DNA of 64,000 bases from Cyanophora paradoxa CCMP329 (lineage: Eukaryota; Plantae; Glaucophyta), in NCBI GenBank assembly GCA_004431415.1, contig QPMI01000036.1:1-64000 (forward strand), read 5' to 3'. This document shows, piece by piece, positions 14,606 through 25,892 of the stretch; within the stretch, counting starts at the first letter, position 1, and the number at the start of each line of letters is the position of its first letter. The notes beneath the pieces were generated by a model. That model saw only the letters and a program-made list of their open reading frames with translations. It was not told the DNA's origin and did no database searches. A program made the position numbers and the translations under genes.

Positions 14606-15614
14606 GTGCTCCTGGCAGCCGGCTTCTCTTTCCGTGGCTCCGGCATCATTCCAGCCGGACTTCGACTGTCCGGACGGCCATCGAATGGTCGCCCGCTCGT
14701 CCCACGTCGCGCTATCCACGCAAGCCGAGTCGTTGGCCACACGCAAGCCGAAGGTTCAGCAGTGCTTCTGCGTTCTGGACGCCGCTCGATCGTGTGCGCA
14801 GCATCCAGCTATGTGCGCTTCATCGAACAAGCCATGTCGGAGTCTGACAAGCATAAACAGGCTGATAAACTTGCCGTGGTGCGGCTTTCGCCTCACGGAA
14901 TCGCTCGTCATTCTAAATGTGCATACAGGCCATCGCGCAAGCAGGCGAATTCGGTCAACGTCAAGTCCTGGAGGCTGTCAAAAGACTAGAAGAAAGGCTT
15001 GACACAAACGTCAAAAGCCTTGAAGAAAGGCTAGACACAAACGTCAAAAGCCTAGACAAAAGGCTGGACACGAACAACACAAACGTCAAAAGCCTAGACA
15101 ACAAACTCTGGGTGCAAACGTTACTGTTTCTCTTTGCTGAGAGGAGTTCCGAACTCTACGGCCAGGCGATTATCTCTCTGGTCGCCACAGCCTTTCTAGG
15201 GTGAGCATTTTTCTCGTTTCAGTCACCACCATATGAATGTCGTATGCAGCGTGCTGGGCCTCATCGTTGCGCTGCTTAGCACCATCCTGTCACGCAACGG
15301 TGCGAGTCGTGTTCAAATCTCAGATACATCTGCACATTCGTGAGTAACACGCAATCTCATCAGGGTCTGCTCCGCCCTCTGGTCCCAGCATGGCTCCGCC
15401 TGCGGCCGCGGCTGCTGTGCCCGGAACCATGCCGGTGGCCTCTTATCCTGTGGCCTCGCCGCCATCCGCCTCTCCGACCACGACCTTGCCACTGGCGGCC
15501 TCACAGCCCGCGGCCCATCCACCCGCCTCCTCCATGCCCGCTGCTTCCCTGCCTGCGACCTCCTCGCCCGCCGTTGCACCTGCCCCGCCCACTCCGGCCA
15601 CGCCCGTGCAGTAG
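14606..15614 (+). CDS. Subtelomeric repeat gene, copy 3 (putative ATG changed to GTG)
   Basis: Same structure as copy 2, but GACATG is GACGTG at 14606. Either this copy is impaired or the real start lies elsewhere. Confidence 0.5.
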
Positions 15615-16657
15615 TGGCCTCCGGAACGCTCTTTGTTCCACCTTCCTCTGTGTCTATCTGCCCACTCCCCACATCAACGCGGAAGAACTTCCCCGTTTCC
15701 TTTTCCTTTCTGTCTCAGTCCTTTCCGAAATTCCTACGCGCCTCCGCGATCGCATTTGGACCTGTTGCCCAATAGGACCTGTGTCAGCGTTTAGTTGGCC
15801 ACGTGAGGAGAACCGATATATACATCTCCAGTCATCAAGCATTCTAGCAACCTTTCCGTTTCGGCTGCTGTCCACTGCAGACCCTTATCATTTCACTTCC
15901 CCCTTTGCCTGTTGCTGCCTTCGATGGAGGAATTGCAGAGGAGATAGGGAGTCAGGATGAATCTCAAAAATTGGATGAATCTCAAAAATTAAGGCTGACT
16001 CGCACCATTGATCAGAAGCTGCTTTTCAGCATGCTGCTTGGCATTCATTGCTGTGACAAGCTCATCTTTATCTTTCCCCCTGTGGGTTACGCTTGAACTA
16101 CGGCAACGCGCTTGAACTGAGCTCGAGGGGGGAGGGGGGGATGGCACTCTCTAGGTTAACGTTCAATTTCGTGGCGACTGCGTGTGTGCACCGACGTGCA
16201 CAGATTCTAAAGCTCTCCGGATCCTCCAGCGCGTTTTTAGCATCCTCTCCGATGTCCACTGCCCCGATGCGCAACATTAATTGGTCGGGCCAGGTCGGCT
16301 TCATGGGGGTTACAACCCTCCCCCGACCTTCGGTTGCTCGTGGTCATACCCAAGCCTTGCTGGACTCGGCGAACCAGCCAACCAGGTACAGCGGCACAGC
16401 GCTGCGCCTGCGCCTGTACGACGCGCCCCACGTCTCACTGCAACCTCGACGGGGCTCCAAGCTTAAGCGCTTTTTTGTGCGCGGAAGAACTGCCGTTCCC
16501 TTTTTCGCCGCGTAGCTCTGTAATCTTGCCGCAGTGCCACGCAGAGACTCAGAGCGGCCCTGATCATTTCACTTCGGCGCTTCCTGCCCCGGCGCCGGTT
16601 GCGGACGTGCTCTCCCTTCGCTCGGGGCTCTCGTCGCTCGGTGCGCGACCGCTCTTA

Positions 16658-16740
16658 CCGGCCAGCTTGCTGGGGGCTGGGCCTACGGCTAGGGGGGCCG
16701 CAGTGTACATTCCCACAGATGGTTTAAATTCATGTTCGAA
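16658..16740 (-). repeat. Structured interspersed repeat 'M', truncated copy at the subtelomeric-array junction
   Basis: The + strand reads GGCCAGCTTGCTGG...GGCCGCAGTGTACATTCCCACA, shared with the 17756-17877 and 29834-29955 copies. Confidence 0.75.
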
Positions 16741-16743
16741 TTC

Positions 16744-17538
16744 TCAAGAATCTCCTTCCTTGCCTGATCCCAAGAAGAAGAAGAAGAGTATGTATAAGAC
16801 ACGCCCAAGCCAGCCAAACGGTTATGACGAAAGGCGAAGGACGCAAAGGCCCAAGGCACAATCAATAGTGAACCAGCTTGCGGATGGAGAGATCGTAGTT
16901 GATCTCCTCGACTGCAAAAGATATGACCTTTTTTTATATCGTCAAAACCCAAAAGATATGACCTTTTTTCATGTCATATTTCATAGAATCTGCGAATAAA
17001 TTATCCCCTCAACATGTACACCTTAGGAAAAAACAATGTTGTTCACCAAAACGTCGCCGAAGAACGTCGTTCTGCAAAAATGGATTTGTCAGACATTGAA
17101 CGCATAATCCAACGTTAACAAAGTGCACACCTTAAGGTTCAACATGCGAAATGCCGCCGTCAGCTCAGTAAGAAATGAGTAAATTTTTCGAGGTGCTGCG
17201 TAGTCTCCTCTCGTCACGGAATTCACTGTTTGCTTTCATTCACAGAATTCACTTCGTCAGCAGCTCAGGCTTACCCGCTAGGCGTGATAACTCATTGGAG
17301 AGCGATGTCAACGAGATGAGAAAGTCTTCGAGGGGGACGTGAAACCGCGATTTCGCTGACGAACTTGCGATTGAGAGCACATCCTCAAGAGATTCTCCGG
17401 GTTTACATAAGCCAAGTTCGATTTCCACGTCGGTTAAATTCACAAGGGGAACACATGTGGACTCCGCACTGTTCAACGATTCGAGGAAGCGGACGTACGC
17501 GAGAGAGAAGCATAATGATTGAAGAGATTGGCTGAACA
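16744..17538 (-). pseudogene. 5'-truncated tandem duplicate of the translin gene
   Basis: Homologous to 18088-18786 (RFHVPLEDFLISLTSLSNELSRLA...VEEINYDLSIRKL). It lacks the N-terminal exons and has a ~100-bp insertion in the last exon (~16773-16873). Confidence 0.8.
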
Positions 17539-17755
17539 GAGAAGCAGCGAATGAGGTCAGATCGAGAATCGAAGCTACTAGGCTAGCCGCTAGCCGCTAG
17601 TGTAATCGAATCGAAGCCTGTAGGGGCTCCCGCCACCGCCCCGAGACGACCCCCGCCGCCACAAGACGTGATGCAGCACCACGCCGCGCATGCGGGCACC
17701 TGTAGCTATTTAGCTAGCCAGAGTGTCCGCGGGGAGGCGCATTACTCTCCTTAGG

Positions 17756-17877
17756 GGGCCACGCAGGGCCCGGCCGGCCAGCTTGCTGGTGGGCTGGGCC
17801 CGCGGCCGCGGCGGCCGCAGTGTACATTCCCTCACTTGTAGCCCGGACTTGTGGTTTGAATTCTTGTCCAAATGCTT
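17756..17877 (-). repeat. Structured interspersed repeat 'M', full copy
   Basis: The - strand reads AAGCATTTGGACAAGAATTCAAACCACAAGTCCGGGCTACAAGTGAGGGAATGTACACTGCGGCCGCC...GGGCCCAGCCCACCAGCAAGCTGGCCGGCCGGGCCCTGCGTGGCCC. Confidence 0.85.
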
Positions 17878-17960
17878 ACGGCTGGACTTGCGAAGCTTGG
17901 AAGGGGTTGGAATGCATGCAAGGGAGGTTCATTACCCCCTTCCAGGATCTTTCCAGCTCG

Positions 17961-18050
17961 GGGCCCAGCCGGCCATCTTGCTTGGGCGCCGCCATGCACA
18001 TTCCACACTCATAGCCTGGATGTTGCGAATTGGATTTGTGTCCAAACGCC
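17961..18050 (-). repeat. Repeat 'M', degenerate internally deleted copy
   Basis: GGGCCCAGCCGGCCATCTTGCT...CACATTCCACACT...GTGTCCAAACGC aligns by eye to the other copies. Confidence 0.65.
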
Positions 18051-18087
18051 ATGATCAAGCTGGGACTTGGACAAAGGGAAGCTCACC

Positions 18088-19118
18088 TCAAGAGTCTCCT
18101 TGCCCACCTGATCCCAGTTTGCGGATTGACAGATCGTAGTTGATCTCCTCGACTGCCAATAGCATAAAAGACACACTTTTCCCCTAAAACCAAAGAAAAG
18201 ATACGACCTTTTTTGATGTCATATTTCATCGAGTCTGCGATTCGTTTACCAGTTATCCCTCCAACATGTACAGCTTAGTTAAAAACGTTATTACCAAAAC
18301 GTCGCCGAAGAACATCGTTCTGCAAAAAGTGATTTGTCAGACATTGAACGCATAATCCAACGTTAACAAAGTGCACACCTTAAGGTTCAACATGCGAAAT
18401 GCCGCCGTCAGCTCAGTAAGAAATGAGTAAATTTTTCGAGGTGCTGCGTAGTCTCCTCTCGTCACGGAATTCACTGTTTGCTTTCATTCACAGAATTCAC
18501 TTCGTCAGCAGCTCAGGCTTACCCGCTAGGCGTGATAACTCATTGGAGAGCGATGTCAACGAGATGAGAAAGTCTTCGAGGGGGACGTGAAACCGCGATT
18601 TCGCCGACGGACTTGCGATTGAGAGCACATCCTCAAGAGATTCTCCGGGTTTACATAAGCCAAGTTCGATTTCCACGTCGGTCAAGTTCACAAGGGGAAC
18701 GCAGATGGATTCCGGACTGTTCAACGATTCGAGGAAGCGGACGTACGCGAGAGAGAAGCATACTGATTGAAGAGATTGGCTAAACATCCCGCTGAATTGA
18801 TAGAATCGCTCGGCTGGGATCAAGGCGGCCAGCGTCTGGAATTGAGATCGAATCGATGGAAGCGTCTCACGCACACGCCCGATAGCCTCGTTGGCGCGGC
18901 CGCTGTGTACGAGCTCTAAAGTCGCCGACATGCTGCGACATCGATCAGATCAGACCCGCGGAGCTGACGAACGGGTCCAGGGACATCGACGAGAAGAAAA
19001 CGAACCGACGGGAAGTCACATCGATCTCTTTGACCACGCCCCTGATCTGCTCGCGGAGCGCGGCGTCGCGCTCCAGCACGTCTGCGTAAGCGGAGAAGAG
19101 ATGGAACACGTCGGCCAT
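18088..19118 (-). CDS. TSN: Translin
   Basis: Spliced product MADVFHLFSAYADVLERDAALREQIRGVVKEID...RFHVPLEDFLISLTSLSNELSRLA|VNSVTRGDY...FRMLNLK|NDVLRRRF|DSMKYDIKK|VEEINYDLSIRKL matches translin family motifs. Confidence 0.92.
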
Positions 19119-19297
19119 TCCGCGTACGCGCCGCGCTTGAGCGCCGTACGTGAAGCTCAAGCAGGTCGTGGGACGGCAAGTACCCCCCTCGGCAGGGAGC
19201 AGCCTGGGAGCTGTGGGGGGAGCACACACACACACGTGCACAGTGGGGACTGCAGCGGCTGAAGCGATCGACAATCGAGTCACTGCAGCTTGATCCG

Positions 19298-20529
19298 ATG
19301 ACGTTCGGAGCGCTCGCGGCGTTCCTGGCCGTCGCGCCGGCGCCGCGCCCCCAGCATCGCCCAGACCAGCTCTCGTGGCGTCCGAAGCTGGCATGGCACG
19401 GCTTCGCTAGCGTGTGCCCTATCGAGCGCGGGATCTCCCGCTCGCGTCGGCCTTGCAGTGACGTTCAGCGGATAGGCTGGCGCGTCACCCCTGCAGCGGC
19501 CGGCCGGGGATTCGCCGCTGCCCGGAGATGCGGCGCCGCTTCGTACGCGCGGCCATGGCTCGTGGCATCCGCGAGTCCGGGAGCCGGAGACGCCGATGCG
19601 CCACCGGACGCGGACCAGCGCTTGCTGCTCGAGAAGCCGCGACAGAACCCGGGCTATCGTGACTTCGCGCCCGTCAGTGGCGACCAGGAGATGGATATCG
19701 CGTCCATCAAGGCGCTTCCGGAGTACCAGCAGGCCGTGCGCTCCGCCCCCGCACGCTTTTCGCGCGTTGGCCCACGGCTGCAGCGCAGTTCGGCATCGTG
19801 CAGACCGCGTTCATGGCGTCCCTCAGTTGCCTCATGGCGCTCGTTCAGGAGGTCCTGCCGTTCGCGCTCATGCGCAATGCCGTCTCCTGCATGCACCCGT
19901 TTCCCGTCATCTACCTCTGCATCGTCTACGGGATGCGTCGCGGCTTGGAGTGTGTGGCCATCGCGGCTCTACTTCTCTTCTTCGTCACCGGCATTCAAAA
20001 TCCCGTGATCTACGTTCTTACCACTGGGTCGGTCGGCCTCGCTCTCGGATTCGGGTGGCGCTACCGGGTTCACCCTGCCCGGCTTTTCACCTCGATCTGG
20101 TGAGTTGAACGCCGCGCAGGTTGGCATGATCAGCTCTGTGCTCTTCGCTACTGCAGTTCGAGCGTATGGCCTGTTTGGCTGCTTCCAGTTCGCCTCCATG
20201 TTCCTCGGCGAAAATGTCTTCCAGCAATTCGCGAACATCGCTCAGCAGCTGGCCACTGCTTTCGGAATTAAAAGCTCCTTCACGATGCAAGACTTTCTTC
20301 GCTCTCTAATTTGGTGGTGCGCTCTGCTTGGCGGTAGGTCTTCTCTGCGTTCCAACCAAATCTCTCTAGGATGTCCTTCTGGCACATCATCTTCGTGCAC
20401 ATTGCGTGCTTTTGGATTGTAGACCGGCTTTTCAAGAAGAAGAAGGAGTCCAGATGGTTGCCTGCAACTCCGGCTGAGATGACACCTTCACTCCCGTCAG
20501 CAGCGCCTGCAGTGCCCCCCACGCTTTGA
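19298..20529 (+). CDS. DUF2232/YybS-like multi-TM protein with N-terminal transit-peptide-like extension
   Basis: IVQTAFMASLSCLM...HPFPVIYLCIVYG...GSVGLALGFGWRYR resembles cyanobacterial DUF2232 proteins (recalled, not searched). About three short introns. Confidence 0.6.
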
Positions 20530-20869
20530 GTGATGAGAGGACTAGGGCTGATGAATGTATGCCGATTTGGCACCAACTTTTGCATCCTTCGGGAGGGGGG
20601 GAGGCAACGAAGCTAAGGTTGGACGGTCACCAGTACTAGTGCCTGTGTGGAACTCGAGCGCGAGCTAAAGGCCAGGAGCATGCACATCATGGCATCATGA
20701 TCACTCCCAGAGCCTCGGAGTCCCTCAGAGCAACATGTACACAGGTCCCGGCTCGACGCGAGTCGCCCCAGGCCCAGCTGCAGTGGAGATCCCGGGAAAG
20801 CTTGACTACGTGTCTGGTGTCCAGACTCTGAGAGCACTTAGGGGCTCCTGCCTCAGACGCGCCCAGACG

Positions 20870-20904
20870 GCCCACGTTGCAATTCAGTTCGTGTCCAAGT
20901 GCTT
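20870..20904 (-). repeat. Repeat 'M', 5' remnant
   Basis: AAGCACTTGGACACGAA on the - strand, ~24 bp after the predicted kinase stop. Confidence 0.45.
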
Positions 20905-20927
20905 GAAGGATCCTGATCTCGTAAATC

Positions 20928-23900
20928 TCACATGTTTATGGGGAGGTCGAGGGGGAGGAGGGACCCGAACGCGAGGCCAGGTGGCAATTCATCATGTGGG
21001 CAATGGGCGAACAGGGCAGTGTTGCCCCACGTGTGAGCCACGCCAGGGATTGCCTCGCGCCGCTCGGGGTCGAAGCAGCCACTCGCCAGAACCTGGAGTG
21101 GGTGAGTAGCCGGACCCATGACGAAGCAATGCCACCGAGCACCTCAAGGGGCGGCATGTCGCGGCCAGAAGGTCCATAGAGCTCGCGGAAGGTGGCCTCC
21201 TCCGGGTGACGGGCCTGCTGTGCAGGGCGCCGCAGCTTTGCAAGGGGGCAACCTGCCAGCGCAGAGAAGAGGGCATCCACGGCAGGGTGCGAGAGAGCCT
21301 TGGCGAGGCTGTATCGCTTATCATGACATGCATGAATCCTGGAATCAATTGGGAGCAACATGTGTACCTCTTGTTCTTCAAGCGCTCTGCCCGCCACAGA
21401 AGATCCCATACCTAAACAGCACAATGCGTCAGACACGCTTAGCAAGTGGGATAGAGGCTCGCGCCATGTACGCTAGGTCCGATGCCTCCCAAAGTTTTCC
21501 CCTCAGGAACTGCGTATCCATGTGAGAGCACACGAAATCGGAGGAGTCAGCAGTGCTCGCCTCTGCCGGGTCCATGTCAGGGGCGAGGATCGACTTGCCG
21601 TAGTCGCAAACTGCAATAATTCGCATTACGGCTCGAGCGCTGAAGGTGAGAGAAGGCTGATGCACTCTTGACGAGAGGTGTGGCAGTGAGATCGAACACG
21701 AAGGACTGGCCACCAAACCGGTACTGCCCGGCAAGGCGCTCTCAACATTGAAGCTGAGCCAGCCGGAAAGAAGAAAAGGGGAGGGGGGGGGGGAGGGGGG
21801 GGGGGGGGGGGGGGGCGCACATGGAGGAAACGCCGGTCGAAGGGCTGTGTCGGGTACTTGTCGTGCAGATTGGGAAAGAGTGCCGCGCGCGGCTCCGGAT
21901 GCCACTGTAGTACAGTCAATGCACCGTCGAGCCCACAATGCGGTGTATGGGAGAACTCACGAGAAGCAGGACATTGTGCGCCTTGAAGTCACTGCGTCGC
22001 ACCTAACATCAGGAGCAGTCTCGGCGGGTGCGGCACAAACGAACCTGTGCCGGAAGCCAAGTGCGGAAGCATGGTGTAGAGCAATGCAAACTTGGGCAAG
22101 CGCCCTGTGATAGATCTGTCAGCGTCGAATGAAGCGCGGAGGGAATTCCTCTGAGGGCGTGCACCCTCGGAGAGCAGTGACAAATCCGGCAGGCTGCACA
22201 GAGATCAAGGTGCTGCAGGAAGCAGGGCGCTTGGGACACAGGTGACTCACCTGGGATTCGTCGAAGAGCTCAAGAAAGTCCGTGAGGTTCATCTCGCAAC
22301 GCTCCATGATCTATCTTACGTGTCAGGCCACCCAAGCAGGGCCCACAGCTGAAAGAGAGAAGGGGGGGGGGGGGGGAGGGGGGGGAGGGGGGGAGGGGGG
22401 GGGGGGGGGGGCACACCTGCAGTTGCGACGCATCCCGCGGAACGTACATCTAAGCAAATGGAGAGCGGATGTCAGACAAGCGGCGCGCTGGGTATGGAGC
22501 CGGCCTGGCGAACCCAGTCCCAAAGCTGAACGAAGTTGGGCGTGCACTTCTTGACGGCGCCGAGCTGCAGCAGCTCGCGGTGCACTCGAGCCTGTGAAGT
22601 GTTACTGGGCGCACTTCAGAGCAACCAGAGAGGCGAGGTGCACCTCCAGCAAATGCGAATCCGGCATCGCAAGAAGGGGTGCCGCGTTACCGGCGCTCAT
22701 TGCTTGTCGGTCCGCTTCTTTGAGCTCCTTTTAATCGCGGGAGTCAGATATGCCACAAAAAAAGCAGACTGTGTAAGATCGTCACGGAAAGCGCACCCGC
22801 GGCCGCTGGACCTGCCGGCCCCAGATGTTAGATTGATCAGGCGGAACAGCTGCCAGGGGCAACGGCGCTTGCCTTGATCGCAAAAGGCCGGCCACGGAGA
22901 CTCCAAAGAGCGACGTGCGAAAAGCCCCCCTTGCCCAGTTGCTCTCGGCCATTTGTAAAGCCTGCACCGAGCAAAACTCATCCAAAAGGAACAAAACACG
23001 TGGTGAAGAGGTCAGCCATACCAAGGCTCTCGAGTGCTGCCGTAGCACCGCGGTCGATATATGGCGCCCGGACAGTGCCATCGATCTCCCGCTCCTGCAA
23101 TGTCCGGTTTACGGGACCGAGGAATGAGAAGAAAAAATCACAGAGGGGGCGCACGAGCTTCCGGTCCTGCACGAAGGCTCCGCCTCGCCGCCACAACTGC
23201 TCCAGGATTATGGAACAGTTACAGTGTGTTATGCGAGTGTCCTATGCGGAAGCCATACCAGCGCAACTGCCGCGGCAGCTTCGGCAGGGAGGGTTGGCGT
23301 GCCGGGCCCAGCTGGGCAGTCATCACGGTAGCCCTGCAGGACGTAGCTGCAACTCGCGTAAGAGGGCGTCAGGCCATACGAGTACGGGCACGCAAACCGG
23401 AAGGCTGCAGAGTATCCTCCGAGCTGCAAGACACGGGCCTGGACTTCCTGCCTAAAGCCGTCCGCGAGTTTGATGTTATCCTGCCAGCCCGATTGAGTGA
23501 TTGAGTGTATGCGCCTGCTCTTCGAGACCATGCGTACCTGGTTCTGTTTTGAGCTCGCGAAAGACTCCCATTTGGACGCATCGAAGCTTCGGAAAAGCGT
23601 CAGACGCACTCGCAAGGCAAGGGACGGAAGGCATACACGACTAGGATGACGGGCTTTTTGGAGGGCGTCCGCAGCGCCCAACGTGAGCGCATCTCCACGT
23701 CTGTCCTGGCTATCTGAGGGGGAGCTTGGGGCAGCATCATTGAGAGAGGGGTCAAACGTGCTCACGGAATCAAAATCTCCAGACAGAAGCTCGCGAGCGT
23801 AGACGGCCACCGTGTGTGGTACAATGCCTGTAGAAAACACAGCGCCAATTTGTGATGCCCCATCAAGAGCCATGTCGAGGAGCAGGTCTCTGCGATTCAC

Positions 23901-25749
23901 CACTGTTGAGGGCTTCGCAGACAATATGGGGACAAAAAACGTACGAATGAGAAAATCCGAGCTCGTAGGCGATAGACGAGATCGATTGTTTCTTCTTGTC
24001 CTTCTAGCGAAATTCGGCATATAGCTTGCGACTTGCAAAGGAAAAAAATCAGCCACCTTTCCCGGCTGCGCGACAAGCCCGAATGCGCGTCCAACCTCCG
24101 GAAGAACGCCCTCCGCAGCCTGCCCCGAGACATCGGGCGTCAGAACGGGCTTTGCAATGGTTTGAGCAGAGCTTGCCTTCAACGCTCGTCGTACGATGCG
24201 CGGGGCGCTGGCAAGTATTGGGGGCAGAATGATAAGAAGCGAGATGCCGCCCGACGACGCCGTCGCAAGAAGCAGCGAGCGGCGCTGGTCGAGAAGCCGA
24301 CGCGCGCTTCCGGATGTCGCGGCGGCGACCTTTGAGAGGTCGAGGCCCGCATTGTCCGACACAGCGATGCGCGACACTGCTGGGAAGCCGGCTGGAGCTG
24401 CGCCTGTAGCGCACGCATGCAGGGCGAACCGACGCAAGAACGGAAGCTGCGTGGGCGCGAGGACTTTTCCGGGCGCGGAGCGGGAAGCCGCGAGAAGCGC
24501 CTCCGAGGCGGCTGGCGGTAGTGCGATGGCCTTCCTGGGTCCGCTCGTGAACGTCGAGGAGCGCTGCAGGAGACCCCTGGGCGACATCGCGGGCGCCGAG
24601 ATAGCCGGGGCCGAGGCCGAGATGCGGTCGCGGCTCGGGGGCGGAGCTCGAATGCCTTCATGCCGGGGACGGGGCGAAGCGGCCGACGATGGGGCCGGCT
24701 TACCCGGTGGCGATGCGGAAGCAGCCGGCGCCGAATCGACTCGAAGCGGACCTCTGAACGGGGCAGAGAAAGGAGCGCTTTCGGATTCGAGGGCGAGGCC
24801 GGCCGCGCCAGAGGAACGGGATCTAGACACCGCCCGCCCCGGATGTGGGGAGCTTGCAGAAGTGGGCAGCGCATGCGGCTTTAGGGGGCCGCGCCGGAGG
24901 GGAGACAACGCCCGAGTCGGCTCCAGGATGGAGACGGCGGCGGCTCGACCGATGCCCGGTGACCGGCCTGCCACATCGGCCTCGGATGAACCCGGAGCGG
25001 AGTTGGAGAAGACGAGGCGCCGAGCCGCTGATGGGGAAGGCGAAGCCGTCGAGGCAGCGCCGTCGTGACCGTCCCCGCCGAAGATCGCACCGAATATGAT
25101 CTGCAGAGTTCTATTAGAGGCCACAAGAGGAAGACGCGGCGGCTCGCCGGCACCTTAATCGCGCTCAGGCCCTCCTTCGGCGCAGGCGACTCCTCCTCTT
25201 CGATCGCTTCAGGGGGCAATGGCTGCACTGCGCCAGGCGTGTCTGGCCTACTACGGTGCGGGGTGCCGATCACAGGCGATGGCGCCGGCGAGCCCGACGC
25301 AAGGGCCGGAGGTGCCGGGGTGCGGCGCAGCCGCGATCTGGCGCACGCCAAATTAGCTTGCAGCATTGCGTAGCTAACTCAGGTGGGGAGCTCGAGGGGC
25401 TAACGGTGAGAATAGCCTCCCGTTGCCAGGAGGGTTGGACGCTCCCCGGGGTCCCTCGCGGCCTGGAGAGGGCGGAGCCCGATCCTGGCCGTTGATCGAG
25501 CCCGGGCGCACCTGCCGGGGAGTCAGATCAACTCATGCGGGAGAGCGCGCGGGACGAGACCGTGGCGCCAACTGCGAAAATCGACGCTGGGAGCTCGATC
25601 CGCACGTCCCTCTCGACTTCAGCTGCAAATATGGACCGCGACGGCTGCGCAGACGTTGGCTCGGCGGCTAGCTGCCCCGGCCGTTCGGAGGGTGCGAAAA
25701 GCGAAGACGGTAGCGCTACGTCCTCCGGGGCGCTGGTGCTTGCCCCCAT
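20928..25749 (-). CDS. Divergent Ser/Thr protein kinase with long low-complexity N-terminus
   Basis: Spliced catalytic loop ALHHASALGFRHS|DFKAHNVLL (~22100-21960), hinge-like IMERCEMNLTDFL, DFG-equivalent CDYGKS (~21600) and MGASTS start (myristoylation-like). The 5' part could be a separate gene. Confidence 0.65.
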
Positions 25750-25892
25750 CGTCGCGCCTTCGCCTTGAAAAATGCACCGCCTTCTGCAGGGGTACGCATC
25801 CGGAAACAGCGAAGGCGCAGTCCCACGGCGCCAGAACCGGCGTACGCCTGTTCTCGCGCGCCGCCTGAGCTACATGCGCGACGGAGAAGGCG

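Larger units (their letters stand above)
8163..16656 (+). repeat. Subtelomeric tandem repeat, ~2.42-2.61 kb unit, 3 full copies plus 1 partial
   Basis: GGAACGCTCTTTGTTCCACC recurs at 8163, 10774, 13202 and 15623. Units are near-identical apart from small insertions. The last unit breaks off at ~16656. Confidence 0.97.

Noticed and set aside
17756-17877. Repeat M as a Fanzor/TnpB omega-RNA, HDV-like ribozyme, SECIS or tRNA-derived SINE
   Set aside because: No RuvC/TnpB-like ORF is adjacent to any copy. The HDV P2/P3 pairings are not conserved across copies. There is no SECIS quartet or A-box, and only a weak T-loop-like GGTTTGAATTC.
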